From NCBI RefSeq assembly GCF_963921235.1, contig NC_086101.1:5954001-6018000 (forward strand): a DNA stretch of 64,000 nucleotides, in the 5' to 3' direction. Position 1 is the first letter of the stretch. Each line of letters begins with the position of its first letter. Of this stretch, positions 1 through 13,650 are shown in pieces. Origin of the DNA: Mobula hypostoma. Its lineage: Eukaryota. The position numbers and the translations under genes were made by a program. Under the pieces are notes generated by a model. The model was not told the DNA's origin. It did not search any database and worked only from the letters and a program-made list of their open reading frames with translations.

Positions 1-1001
1 AGCCGCGCATTCCAGGAAGATACCACTCACTGTGTCCAAAAACATGCCTTCAACATCCCGGTTCAACATTGACCCTCTTCCTTTAAAGTTTTACACTTCA
101 GGTAGTGTCCTCAGGGAGATTACACTGAGTGAGACTGTCTCATAATTAGAAGAATAAGAGGTGGTCTCACTGGCACAGACACATTCTCACAGGGTATTGA
201 CAGGGTAGAGGCAGGAATGATGTTTCCCCTGGATGGGGTGTGGAACCAAGGGTCACAGACGCAAACTCAGGGTCACCTGAGATGAGGAATTATTTTCTCA
301 CCCAGTGTGTGGTGAATCTTTGAAATTCTCTACAAAACATTTCTGGATTTAAGGGGAACAGTGATGATGGGATGGTGCAGGAAATTGTCACTGAGGTCAA
401 TGATCAGCCATGTTCGGAGTGAAGGGCAGAGCAGGAGCAAGGGGCCGAATGGCCACTCCTGCTCCAGTTTCTCATTTTCTTGAAACACAAATTGATCTTT
501 GTGTCTTTTAATTGTTTGGTCTTCAGTCTGTTGGGTTACACAGGGGAGTGGTAACCAATGCACTCTGTGTAGAGCATCCTCTGTACCCCGTGTTGACTGT
601 ATTCACTCCACTGTCTCCAATGCATGTAACAGTATGCAGAGTTTGTTGTATTCATTGTTTTGTATCCAGTGAGAAACACGTCTGTGTCAGCACCCGGGAC
701 ACTTCACTGCATTTACACAGCGACCGTACCAGATGTTGTTGTTTGACTGCTGCGTCCACAACTGCTGAACATAGAACATTGAACAATACAGCACAGGAAC
801 AGGCCATTCGGCCCACAAGTCTGTGCTGAACATTGTGCCAGTTCAATCTCATCCCATCTGCCTGTACATGGTCCACAACCCTCCATTTCCTGTCTGTTCA
901 TGAGTCTGTCTAAATGCCACTGAAATGTTGTATCTCCTTCCACCACCTCCCGGACAAAACAAACTTCTGTATAAAACAAACTTGCCTCATCGATCTATAG
1001 C

Positions 1002-1080
1002 GTAAAGGTGATTTTTGAATTCTATTCAGAGCAGAAGTATAACTGGGAAAGAAAGGTCCCCGTAAGGATCAAAGGATCAG

Positions 1081-1116
<36 letters not shown>

Positions 1117-1830
1117 CCATCGGAGATTAGTAAGGTCTGAATACTGCATGTGTTTAAAGTGATGATGGATAAGGAAGCTGGCAATTTTGTTGACTTTATC
1201 GGCATTTACTTTATCGTCTTATCATGAATCTGATATTCTGCTGCTTCGTAAAACCGTTGTTCATCGTTGTAAATGCCCTGAATTCAGGACTTCGCCAATT
1301 CAGCTGATCATGTTTATTCATTGCAGTGTCGTTTCCAGCCGGAGGATGGAGATCTGTGCAGCTCCACCTGCTGCTGACAACCGGGACTGCAGGAAGGGCA
1401 GAAACAAAATGATGGGACTCTCAGCTGGAGCAAAGTCAAAGTAAATATACTGCCTTGAAATTAATTTTCTTGTCAGCGTTTGCAGGAAACTAAACAAATA
1501 GAATGGAATTTCAGAAAAAAATACATAATGATAAACAAGCAGCCAATGCGTAAGAGACGACAATTTGTTGAAATAGTCATCGTATACTACTACGGCACAG
1601 CAACAGGAATTTCAGTCCAGCTAGTCCATGCCGAACAGTTGGTCTACTTAATCCTATCAACGTACACCTGCACCATAGTCCTCCATATCCTTCCCAGGCA
1701 TTTCCTTATCCAAAGTTCACTTAAATATTGAAATTGGACCACTTCAAATGGTAGCTCATTATGCACTCGGATCATCCTCTGAGTGAAGACATTCTCCTTC
1801 AGATTCCCGTTAAATACTTCACCCTTAACC
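1002..1830 (+). repeat. Segmental duplication copy A (diverged; paralogous to ~59261-60130)
   Basis: Shared ordered anchors GTAAAGGTGA, GTATAACT, TCTGATATTCTGCTG, GTTCATCGTTGT, CTGCAGGAAGG, GCCTTGAAATTAATTTTC. Confidence 0.8.
1085..1115. repeat. (GT)n microsatellite
   Basis: Perfect dinucleotide run. Confidence 0.95.
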
Positions 1831-2559
1831 TATGAACTCTAGTTGTAGTGTCACCGAAACACAGTGGAAATGCCTGCAGGTATCAACCCAATATATAGAC
1901 ATAGAAGTATACAGCACAGGATGGGCCTTTCGAGCACAATGCTGAATGCTGTGCGAACCAGCTAAAAGACAAATCAAACACTAATCCCTCCTAACTACAC
2001 CATGTCCATATGCCTCCAGGTGCGTATCCAAATATCTCTTAAAAGTCTCTGATGTATTTGCCTCTACCACTATACCAGGGAGCACTGCCCAGGCCTTCAC
2101 TGCTCTGAGTAAAAAACAAACCCCTCACATCCCCCTTGAACCTATCGCCTCTCACCTTCAATGTATGCCCTCTGGTGTTCGACGTTTCAACCCTGGGAAA
2201 CAGATACTCACCAGCATCGGAAGCTGAGGGGAGATCTGATAGAGATTTATAAAATAATGTTATAGATTATCATAGATAGAGTGGTAGAGTAGAAACAGAT
2301 ACCTCCTATCTACGCTATCTATGCCCCTTATAATCTTACAAGCCTCTATCAGATCCCCCCTCAGCTTCCGACGCTGCAGGGAAAACAACCTAAGTTTACC
2401 CAGACTGTTGTGATAGCACATGCCTCTAAATCAGTCAGCATGCTGGTAAGCTGCTTTTGCACCTTCTCCAAAGCCTCAACATCCTTCCTATAGTGTGCCA
2501 GCCAGAACTGGGCACAATACTGCAGTTGTGGCCTAACCAGAATTTTTTTACAGTGGTTC

Positions 2560-4730
2560 GATATCCACTCTCGCCTCCCTTTTACACTTCATGTATCAGA
2601 AGAAGCTTTTGGTATTCTCTTTAATATTATTGGCTAGCTTACTTTCTATTCCATCTTTACCTTCTTAATGACTTTTTAAGTTGCCTTCTGTTTGTCTTTA
2701 AAAGCTTCCCAATCCTCGAACTACCATTATTTTTGCTCTGTTTGGCTTTTATGCTGGCTTTGACTTCTGTTAACCATGGTTGTGTCACCGTGTCTTTAGA
2801 ATACTTCTTCCTCCTTGGGATGTATATAGCCTGTGTCTTCTGAATTGCTTCCAGAAATTCCAATCATTGCTGATCTGCTGTCATCCCTGCCAATATTCCT
2901 TTCCAATCAATTCTGGCCAGCTCCTCCTCATGGCCCTGTAATTCCATTTACTCCACTATAAAGATGATACATCTGACTTTAGCTACTCTTTCTGAAATTT
3001 TAGGGTAAATTTGATCATATTATGATCACGGGCCCCCAAGAGGTATTTTACTTTAAACTCTCTAATCATTTCCAGTTTATTTTACAACACTCAATCCAGA
3101 ATAGATGTATCCCCAGTGGGCTCAACCATGAGCTGCACCAAAAAGCTATTTTAGACATTCCCTCTCTTGGGGTCCTGCACCAACCTGATTTTCCCAATCT
3201 ACTTGCATATTGAAATCCCCATGGCTATTGAAGCATTGCCCTTTTGGCATGCATTTTCTAGCTCCCATTGTAATTTGTCAACCACATCCTTGCTACCGTT
3301 TGGGATCTGTATACAACTCCCATCAAGTGTTTTCTACCCTTCCAGTTCCTCAGCTTTATCCACAATGATTCAACACCTTCCAACCCAATGTCACCTTTGT
3401 AATGATTTGCTTTCATTTTTTACCAATAGAGCAACGCCACCTTATCTGCCTTTCTGCTAATCCTTTAGATACAATGTGTACCCTTCAACATTAATCCCCG
3501 AGCTATAATATTTCAACCATGATTCAATGATGCCTACAACATCATACATGCCAATCTGTAACTGTGCTTCAAGATCATCTAGCTTGATCCATATACAGTG
3601 CACATTCAAATATAACACCTTCAGTTGTCAATCACCCTTTTTTATTTTGTCCACCTTTTACATTGCTCATTCTGTTGACTGCCATTTTGCCTCATCATCA
3701 GCCACTTCTTTTTTGGACTCACGGTGCATATTATTTTGTTTGTAAACCAACAACCTCATCCTCAGCACTATCATTCCATTTCCCATCCCCCTGCCAAATT
3801 AGTTTCAACCTCCCGAACAACTCTGTTATCCTGCCCACAAGAATGTTGGACCCCCTTGGGTTCCGGTGTAACCCTTTTCTGCAATTCGTACCTTGTCCAG
3901 AAGAGCTCCCAATTATCTATAAATCTGATCCCCTGCCCTCTGCACCAGTTCTTCTGCCATGCAGTCACCTTGCAAATCATCCTATTCTTTGCCTCCAGAG
4001 ATTACTATGCTGGTGGTCCTCTTCTTCAGCTCTCTATCTAGCTCCCAAAAATCTCTCTTCAGGACCTCCTCACCTTGTCTGTTTATATCATTGGTGACAA
4101 TATGTACCAAGACTTCTGGCTGCCCACCGTCACCCTTGAGAATGTTACGGACCCGATCTGAGACATCCCTGACTCTGGCATCAGAGAGGCAACATACCAC
4201 ACACATCTCTCTGCTGTGCCCACAGAAACTCATTCCTGCTCCCCTGACTTTGGAATCTCCCATCGACTCCGACACCAACCTGATTTTCCCAAAACCCTTG
4301 CATATTGACGTCCCCCATTACAATTGTGACATTACCCATATTACATGCCGTTTCCAACTCGCATTTCAATCTCAACCCCATTTCTGGACTACTATTTGGA
4401 TTTATATGATTCCCATAATGTTTTTTCCACCCTTGCAGTTTCTTAACTCCATTGACAAAAAAATCAACATTTTCTGACCCTTTGTCACCTCTTCCTAAAG
4501 ATGAAGTTCCATCTCTTGCCAACAGAACCACACCACTGCCACTGCCTGTCCTTTCGATACAAAGTATATCCTTTGATATTAAGCTCCCAGCTGTTGCCTT
4601 CTTTCAGCCACAACTGAGTGATGCCCACAATATCATACCAACAAATCTCTTAATTGCGCCAGAAATTTGTCCACCTTATTCTGAATGCTACATGTATTTA
4701 AATACAGCGCCTCAGCCCTGAATTATTTAT
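2560..4730 (-). mobile_element. Degenerate CR1 fragments (ORF1 esterase-like + endonuclease)
   Basis: MGDSKVRG..VLVHIVTNDI and VMGD motifs in ORF fragments. Confidence 0.8.
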
Positions 4731-5320
4731 GCAGTCCTGCATAGCTTTATGAGACACTGGTCAGGCTGAACTTGGAGTATTGTCAACAGTTCGAGGCCCC
4801 TTATCTCAGAAAGAATGTATTGTCATTGGAGAGCGCCCAGAGGAGGTTCGCAAGGATGATTCTGGGAATGAAGGGGTTAATATATGAGGAATGATTCGCA
4901 GCTTTGGACCTGTACACACTGGAATGTAGAAGAATGTGTGGGAATCTCATTCAAATCTTCCCAATGTTGAAAGAACCAGAAGGGTGGATGTGCAGTGGAT
5001 GTTTCTTCTGGTGTTGGTATCCAGAACTAGAGGGCACAGCCTCAAAATTGAGGGGTGACCTTTTAGAACAGAGGTAAAGAGAAACTTTAAGCCAAAGATT
5101 GTTGAATCTGTGAAATGTTCTGCCACAGACTGCAGTGGAGGCCGTCTGTGTGTGTATTTAAAGTGGAAGTGTTGGATTCCTGATTAGTCGGGGAATGAAG
5201 GGATATGGTGAGAGGCAGGCGTATGTGGTTGCATGTGATCCGGGATCAGCCATGATAAAATGGCGGCGCAGTCTCGCTGGGCTGAATGTCCTTTGTCGCT
5301 CCTCTGTCTTGTGGTCTTAT
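4730..5320 (+). mobile_element. CR1 3' fragment
   Basis: Degenerate VR..LEYC.Q..APYLRK coding and CR1-type 3'UTR. Confidence 0.75.
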
Positions 5321-5922
5321 GGCCATTTTGAATTTTGCCGATGGTACAACTTAACTCTTTGCTCTACATTTGTAGCCAGTCATTGGCTTGTCCTTCCTTA
5401 CATTCATGTTACATGCATCATCTATTTGTAAACCTGCTGGCTCATCCACAGCTCTATCATCCTGGTTCCCATTCCCCTGCCATATTAGTTTAAAGCACTC
5501 CCAACAGCTCCAGTAAACCTGCCCGCAATAATATGTAGCATGTGGGAATGCAGACTCATGAATGTCGAATTTTCGAGCTTCCAATCATCGCTTCCCCAGC
5601 CCCGTCTGTCAATTTCCCTTTTTAATTAAACAAGACATCAATTGTCCTTTTCCCTCTACAGATGCTGCCTGACATGCTGGGATTCTCTGGCACTTCACTG
5701 GTTACCACCACTACATGTCTTTTCTCTGCAAGATTCACCTCTTCCAGTCAGCACCACCACCACTTGTCCCACTGGACCACTCACGGTGGACTTTAGGACC
5801 CGGGGGAGCCGGGGAGCTCAGGACCCGCCAACCGCAGATGCTGCTGAATCCGCAGCGTTTCTGTGCATGTGACGGACGCAGTGAATGAGTAAAATTAAAG
5901 GATCGAAAATTCTCACATCACG

Positions 5923-5928
5923 TTTATT
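5923..5928 (-). promoter_or_regulatory. Candidate polyadenylation signal of the TRIM gene
   Basis: AATAAA on the minus strand ~65 nt after the stop codon. Confidence 0.6.
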
Positions 5929-5993
5929 TCACTCTCGGCACATTTATATTTATGCTGACTTACTCCTGACGCCGGTCCCGGGACTCGACCCAT

Positions 5994-6526
5994 TTACAGA
6001 CCTGGAGCGGAACCGGAGCAGATTCTCAGCCAATGGTTTGTATCCCATGTCCTGAAAAATGGATAAACTTTCTCCACGAATTTATTCCCAGTGAAGGTGT
6101 GGAGATGGGACTTGGTTTTCGCGTTGTAAAATGAAACTGTCCCGGACTCGTAACTGAGATAAACTCCCACCCTCCCGGGGATGGGACCAGCAGGAAGATG
6201 AGATTCAGGGGAGGTGGGAACACATATCACGTCATCAATCCGGCTGATGATCCAGAATCCGGTCTCCGGTCTCAATCCAACACCTCCCCCTCTGTCTACA
6301 GACTCTGCCGCGACTCCCAGACTCCAGTACCGATTCCCTGCCACCTCCACTTCCCAGTAATGTCTCCCCGATGTGAATCCCTCCAATCCCAGCACACAAC
6401 CCCAGACTCTGAACCGCTTCCCGGTGTCAGGGAGGTCCCTCCGGGTCTCGGTCAGCCTCATACTCTTCCGATCCGCAGTCAATTCTAGCTCCGGATTCAC
6501 CGTTTCCACATCCAGGGTGACAGAGT
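5994..6526 (-). CDS. TRIM coding exon 6: PRY/SPRY (B30.2) domain
   Basis: cttttccag|ACTCTGTC; (D)SVTLDVET..GRHYWEVEV..RVGVYLSYESGTVSFYN..YPFF; TAA at 5994-5996; six exons total 1416 nt = 471 aa + stop. Confidence 0.95.
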
Positions 6527-7094
6527 CTGGAAAAGAAGCAGAGAATTAGAGAGTACGCGGGGATAGGTCGAATGGGTTGCGGGGGGGGGGGGGAGCGGTG
6601 GTGAGACTCGGACAGCGCAGACCTGAGTCGAGGGAAGTGGCCGCTGACATCAGGCACAGTCGGTTAGCTGGCAGGAGTTCCCGAGGTTCTACCCAACTAC
6701 AGCAGATGGACAACCATCATCTTCCGGAGATAGTTCCTCCGGGAATGAGAATGGAGTTTTCTTGATTAATGCACAGAAAATGCTGGAGGAACTCAGCGCA
6801 TCAAGCAGCATGTGTGGAAGGAGATGGATAGTCGATGTTTCTGAGCAAGAGCTTTCTTCAGAAGTGGAAAGAAAGAGGGTAGATAAGCAGTAGCAAAGGG
6901 GGTGCGCACTTGGTGGACAACAACTGCATCCAGATGGGGAGGGGTAGTGAATACTGGAATGACTTAAACTTAATGAGGAGGACAGAGAGGCTCTTCAGCC
7001 CAACTTGTTTGTGCCAACCAACTTGTTTTAATGAGCTAGTCACATTTTCCCATTATTCCTTTACACCTTTCTTATCCAGGTACCTGTCAAGATA

Positions 7095-10000
7095 TTGAAT
7101 GGAGATTCCTTAGTCAGAGGAACAAAGACGTCGATGTGAGAGTGATAGAGACACCCGGATCGTACGTTTTACCCACCTGCAGCAGACGGACAACCATCCC
7201 TGGTGCCAGGATCAGGGATGTCTCAGATCACGTCCATGGTAGTCTCAAGGGCAAGGATGGCACCAGTGTCATAGGTAGACAAGGTGACAGGTCCTGAAGA
7301 GGGATTTTAGGGAGCTAGGTAGAAAGCTGAAGAACAGGGCCACCATCATAGTAATCTCTGGATTGCTGCGTGTACCACGTACCAGTGAGGGTAAGAATAG
7401 GATGACTTGCACAGGTTAATGTGGGCTGCGGAACTGGTGCAGTGGGGAGGGGTTCATATTTATGAACAATTTGGATCTCTTCTGGGGAAGGTATAGCCTG
7501 TACAAAAGGAATGGGTTACACCTGAACTGGAGTAGTCCAGTATCCTTGTGGGCCGGTTCACTAGATGTGCTTGGGTGCATTTAAACTAATTTGGCAGGGG
7601 AATGGGAACCGGAGTAACAGTGCCGAGGATGAGGTAGTTGGTTTACAAACAGAGGCAATGTGTAGTGAGACTCCGAGCAAGGAGAGGCTGATGATAGGGC
7701 AAAATTGCAGTGAACGGGATGAGTTGAAATGAAAAAGGCAGACAAAATCGAGAAAGGTGAATACAGGACGAAAGGTCTTGTATTTGAATGTGCACAGTAT
7801 ACGGAATAAGGTCGATGAACTTGTGGCACAGTTACAGATACACAAGATACAGATACAGTGATGCCAACAACATCACTGTGTCATGGCTGAAAGAAGATTA
7901 TAGCTGGGAGCTGAGCGTCCAAGGGTACACATTGTATCGAAAGGACAGGCAGGAAGGCAGATTGGCGGGCTTGGCCATGATTATAAACAAATAAATTAAA
8001 TCATTATAAAGGCATTACCTAGAGACGGAAGGTGTTGAATCACTGTGGATAGAGCTGAGGAACTGCAAGGGTAAAAAGACTTTGGTGGGAGCTATGTACA
8101 GACAGCAAATGGAAGTAAGGATATCAGCAACAAGTTACAACAAGAGATAGAACATACATGCCAAAATGGAAATATTACAGTAGTCACGGGAGATTTCAAT
8201 ATAGATGGTTTTGGAAAATCAGGTTGGTGCTGGATCCCAAGAGAGGGTATTTCTAGAATGTCCATGATATGGCTTTTTGGAGCAGCTTGTGATTGAGCGC
8301 TATTCTGGATTGTCTGTTGTGTAATGTACCGGAAGCAATTAGAAAGCATAAGGAACCCTTAGGGGAAAGTGAACATAACATGATCGAATTCAACCTGGAA
8401 TTTGAGAAAGAGAAGCTAAAGTTAGATATATCAGTATTGGAGTGAAGTAAAGGAAATTACAGTGGCATGGCATGAGAGAGGAGTTGGACAGGAAAGATTG
8501 GAATAGAACACAGGTAGAGATGACACAGAGCAGCAATGGCTGGAATTTCTGGAAGCAACTCAGAAGGCACTGGGTACTTCTCCCAAAGAGGAAGAACTAT
8601 TCTAAAGGCAAGATGACATGACCATGTCCAACACAGGAAGTCAAAGCCAACATAAATGCCTAATTGAGAAGATAGAGGGGCGCAAAAATTAGTGGGAAGT
8701 TGGAGGATTGGAAAACTTATATACCAACAGAAGGCAACTAAAAAGTAATTAAGAAGGTAAAGATGGAATAAGAAAGTAAACACAAGGAAATCTGCAGATG
8801 GGGAAATTCAAGCAACACACATAAAAATTGCTGGTGAACGCAGCAGGCCAGGCAGCATCTATAGGAAGAGGTACAGTTGACGTTTCAGCCAAGATCCTTC
8901 GTCAGGACTAATTGAAGGAAGAGATAGTAAGAGATTTGAAAGTGAGAGGGGGAGGGGGAGATCTGAAATGATAGGAAAAGACAGGAGGGGGAGGGATGGA
9001 GCCAAGAGCTGGACAGTTCATTGACAAAAGGGATATGAGAGGATCATGGGACAGGAGGCCCAGGGAGAAAGAAAGGGGGAGAAGGGGGAGGGTGAAGCCC
9101 AGAGGATGGGCAAGGAGTATAGTGAGAGGGGCAGAGGGAGAAAAAGGAGAGAGAAAAAAAAATAATAATAATAAACAAATAAATAATGGATGGGGTACGA
9201 AGGGGAGGTGGGGCATTAATGGAAGTTAGAGAAGTCAATGTTCATGTCATCAGATTAGAGGCTATCCAGACGGAATATAAGGTGTTGTTCCTCCAACCTG
9301 AGTGTGGCTTCATCTTGACAGTAGAGGAGGCTGTGGATAGACATGTCAGAATGGGAATGGGATGTGGAATTAAAATGCGTGGCCACTGGGAAATCCTGCT
9401 TTCTCTGGCGGACGGAGTGTAGGTGTTCAGCGAAACAGTCTCCCAGCCTGCGTCGGGTCTTACCAATATATAGAAGGCCGTATCGGGAGCACCGAACAGA
9501 GTATATCTCCCCAGCCAACTCACAGGTGAAGTGTCGCCTCACCTGGAAGGACTGTCTGGAGCCCTGAATGGTGGTAAGGGAGGAAGTGTAAGGGCATGTG
9601 TAGCACTTCTTCCGCTTTCAAGGATAAGTGCTGGGAGGGAGATTGGTGGGAAAGAATGGGGAGACGAATGGACAAGGAAGTCGCGTAGGGAGCAATCCCT
9701 GCACAAAGCAGAGAGAGGCGGAAGGGAAAGATGTGCTTAGTGGTGGGATCCTGTTGGAGGTGGCGGAAGTTACAGAGAATTATATGCTGGACCCTAGCTA
9801 ATCTAGTAATCTAGTTAATAATATTAAAGAGGATATCAAAAATTTATTCAGATATATAAAGTGCAAAGGTGAGGCAAGAGTGGTTATTGGACAGCTGGAA
9901 AATGATGCCAGAGATGCAGTAATGGAAGTCAAGGAAATGGCGGATGAACTGAAAGAAGTATTTTGCATCAGTCTTCACTGTGGAAGACACTAGCAGTACG

Positions 10001-11615
10001 GTGGAAGTTCCAGGTGTCAGGTGGCATTAAGTGTATGAAGTTACGATATCTAGAGAGAAGGTTGAGAAACTGAAAGGTCAATAAGTCACCTGAACCAGAT
10101 GGTATACTCTCCAGAGTTCTGAAGGAGGTGGCTGAAGAGTTTCTGGGGAGATTAGTAATGGTCTTTCAATACTCTGGAATGGTTCTGGAACACTGGAAAA
10201 CTGCAAATGTCACTGCACTCTTCAAAAGGGGAGAAAGGAAACTATAGGCCAGTTAGTCTGACCTCAGTGGTTGGGAAAATATTGGAGTCGATTATTAAGG
10301 ATGGGGTTTCAGGGTACTTGGAGGCACATGATACTAAAATAGGCTGTCATCAGAATGGTTTCCTCAAGGGAAAATACTGCCTGACAAACCTGTTGGAATT
10401 GTTTAAAGAAATACATGCAGGACAAAGAAGAATTGGTGAGTGTTGTGTACTTGGATCTTCAGAAGGCCTTTGACAAGGTGCCACACATGAGGCTGCTTAG
10501 TAAGCTATGAGTCCATGGAATTACATAGATATCATTGCGGAGATAAAGCCATGGCTGATTGGCAGGTGGCAAAGAGTGGGAATAAAGGAAGCCTTTTCCG
10601 ATTAGCTGCCATTGACAAGCGGTGTTCCATAGGGGACTGGGTTGGGACAGATTCATTTCGCAGAATATGGATGATGGAATTGATGGTGTTGTTGCAAAGA
10701 TTTCAGACGATATAGGTAGAGGGGCAGGTAATATTGAGGAAATAGGAAAGTTATAAAAGGACTTAGATCAGGAGAAGGGGAAAGAAGTGGCAGTTAGAAT
10801 ACACCATCGGTAAGCGTATGGTCATGCACTGTGGTTGAAGAAATGAAAGGGTTGAATAATCTCTAACTGAAGGGAAAATATAAAAATCTGAGGCGCAAAG
10901 GGATTTGGGAGTCCTTGTGCAGCTTCCCTAAAGGTTAATTTGCAGGTTGATTCTGTGGTGTGGTGAGGAAGGCAGATGCAACGTTAGCATTCATTTCAAG
11001 AGGACTAGAATATAAGATACAAATTTTGAGACTTTATAAAGCACCGGTTAGGCCTCACTTGGAGTGCTATGAGCACTTGTGGGTCCTTTATCTAAGAAAG
11101 GAAGCACTGAAACTGGAGATTGTTCAAAGGAGGTTCACGAAAATGATTCCATTCCAAGAAAAAGCAGCTTGTGATATGGAGAGTGTTAGCTGGCTCTGGA
11201 CTTGTGTTGACTGGGGTTGAGAAGAATGAGGAGTGACCTAATTAAAAATTATCAAATGGTGAAAGACCTTGATAGAGTGGATGTGGAGAGGATGTTTCCT
11301 ATGGTGGGAGAGTCTCAGACCAGAGCCTGAAAATAGAGGGGCGTCCTTTTAGATTGGAGATGAGGAGAATTTCTTTAGGCAGAGAGCAGCGAATGTGTGG
11401 AATTCATTGCCACAGGCAGCTGTGGAGGCTAAATCTTTATGTATATTTAAGGCAGAGGTTGGCATTTTCTTGATAGGTCAGGGCATGAAGGGATGCGGGG
11501 AAAAGGCAGGAGATTGTGGCTGAGAGGAAAAATGGATCAGTCATGATGAAATGGTGGAGCAAACTCAAAAGGCCAAATGGCCAAATTCTGCTTTTATATA
11601 TCTTATTGTCTCATG
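7095..11615 (+). mobile_element. Degenerate CR1 split by a Penelope-like insertion
   Basis: ORF1, endonuclease and RT fragments (NYRPVSLTS, VRPHLEC, QRRFTKMIP) collinear across the insertion. Confidence 0.85.
8780..9795 (-). mobile_element. Penelope-like element, 3' part (GIY-YIG endonuclease)
   Basis: IYSVRCSRYGLLYIGKTRRRLGDCFAEH..PVATHFN..RLEEQHLIFRL. Confidence 0.88.
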
Positions 11616-11639
11616 GAAATTAAAACCTTGTAACTGTGC

Positions 11640-13650
11640 GCACCTTGACAGCTTCATCTGGCAGCTTCCTCAACTACAGCGAGAAAGTCTCCTCCCTCAT
11701 TCTTCTAATCTCCGGTGAGTACAAACCCAGAATCATTGAATGCTCATCATAAGTTAACCTGTTCATTCACGGAATCATCCTCATGAACCTCCTCCGGACC
11801 CTCTCCAGTGCCTGCACATCTTTTTTTTAAAGACAATATGTCCAAAACTGCTCACAGTACCCCAAGCGCGATCTGACCAATGCCTCAGAAATCCAAAGCA
11901 TTACATCCTTGCTCTTACATTCTAGTCCTTTTGAAATGAATGCTATCATTGCATTTGTCATCCTTACTACTGACTCAACCTGCGACCTTTAGTGAATTCT
12001 TCACAAGAACTGTTTGCTCCTCTGACTTTTGAATTTTCTCCCCATTTAGAAAATAGTCTTTGCCATTATTCATTTTACCAAAGTGCAAGCACAGCTTCCC
12101 TACACTACATTCCATCTGCCAGTTCTTTGCCTAACCTCCTAATCTGCCTGTGTCTCCCTGAGGACACCCAGCATCCTAAATACTAATTGCCCCTTCACCT
12201 ATGTTCATATTATCCACTAACTTGGCCACAAAGGCATTAGTTCAGTCATCCAAAATCATTCTTTGTCTATGTTGCCTGTTACTTCATCAAAGAATTCCAA
12301 CAATTTGTCAGGCAAGATTTCCCCTTAAAGGAAACCATGCTAATATTATTTTGGCCTCTTTTATCATATGCCTCCATGTAGCCCAAAACCTCCTTAGTAA
12401 TGGACTCCACTATATTTCCAAGCACACCACATGCCTGCCAACTATTTCACTGAAATCAGACTAACTCACATATAATTTCCTTTCTTCTGCCTCCCTCCCT
12501 TTTTAAAGAGTGGAGTAACTTTTGCAATTTTCCAGTTCTCCAGACCCATTTCAGAGTCCAGAGATGCTTGAAAAATCATTTCTAATGCCTTCACAAACTC
12601 TTCAGCCACCTCTTTCTGAATCTGGAGCAAAAGGGGTGTAGCCCATCTGGTCCTGGTGACCTATCAATATTCAGATCTTTCACCTTCTCAAACACCTTCC
12701 CAGTAATGGCAACAACACCCACTTCTGCCCCCTGACAATCTTGCATCTCTGATACACTGTTAGTATCTTGCACATTGAAGGCTGACATAAAATACTTATT
12801 AAGTTCCTCCACTATTTCTTTGTCTCCCATTACCATTTCTCCAGCATCATTTTCTAGAGGTTTGATACCCTCTCTCACCTCTCTGATACTTTTGGCATCC
12901 TCTTCTCTATTATTATAGGCTAGCTTCTCTTCATATTTCACCTTGACTCTCCTTATGCCTTTTTAGTTGCCTTCTGTTGATTATTGAAACCTTCCCAACC
13001 ATCATCCTGTTACTTTTTGCTTATATTATATGCCCTCTCTTTTCCTCTTATGCTGCCTTTGACTTCCCTTGTCAGCCACAGTTACCTCATTGTTTGTTTA
13101 GAATACACCATCATCTTTGGGATGGATCCATTCTGCGCCTTCTGAATTGTCCCCAGAAACTCCAGCCTTTATTGCTGTCATTCCTGTTAGTGTTCCATTC
13201 CAAACTACATTGGCTAGCTCCTTTATCTTGCCTTTATATTCTCCACAGTTGTACTGATACATCTGGCTTTATCTTCTCCCTCTCAACCTGCAAGGTGAAT
13301 TCTACCATATTATGATCACTTTTTCCTTTGGGTTGCTTTACCTTTAGTTCACAAATCAAATCTGATTCATTACACAACACCCAGTCCAAATTGCCTTTCT
13401 CCTGATGCACTCAACCATAAGCTGCTGAAAAATAAACATCTTGTATGCATTCTACAAACTCCCTCTCTTGGGATGCAGCAGCAATCTGATTTTCCTCATT
13501 TACCTGCACATTGAAGTCCCCCATTAATATAACATTGTCCTTTTCACATGCTAATTCTAACTCCTGTTGTAAGTTGTTTCCCATATCCTGGCTGCTACTG
13601 CATTTAGAGCCCTGCATATAACTCCCATCATGGTCTTTTTAACCTGGCAA
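11640..13650 (-). mobile_element. Degenerate CR1
   Basis: MGDFN and RSPGPDGLHP fragments. Confidence 0.8.

Noticed and set aside
5994..6526. B30.2 exon as the butyrophilin gene's own terminal exon
   Set aside because: It completes the TRIM exon series in frame; sharing is kept only as a hypothesis
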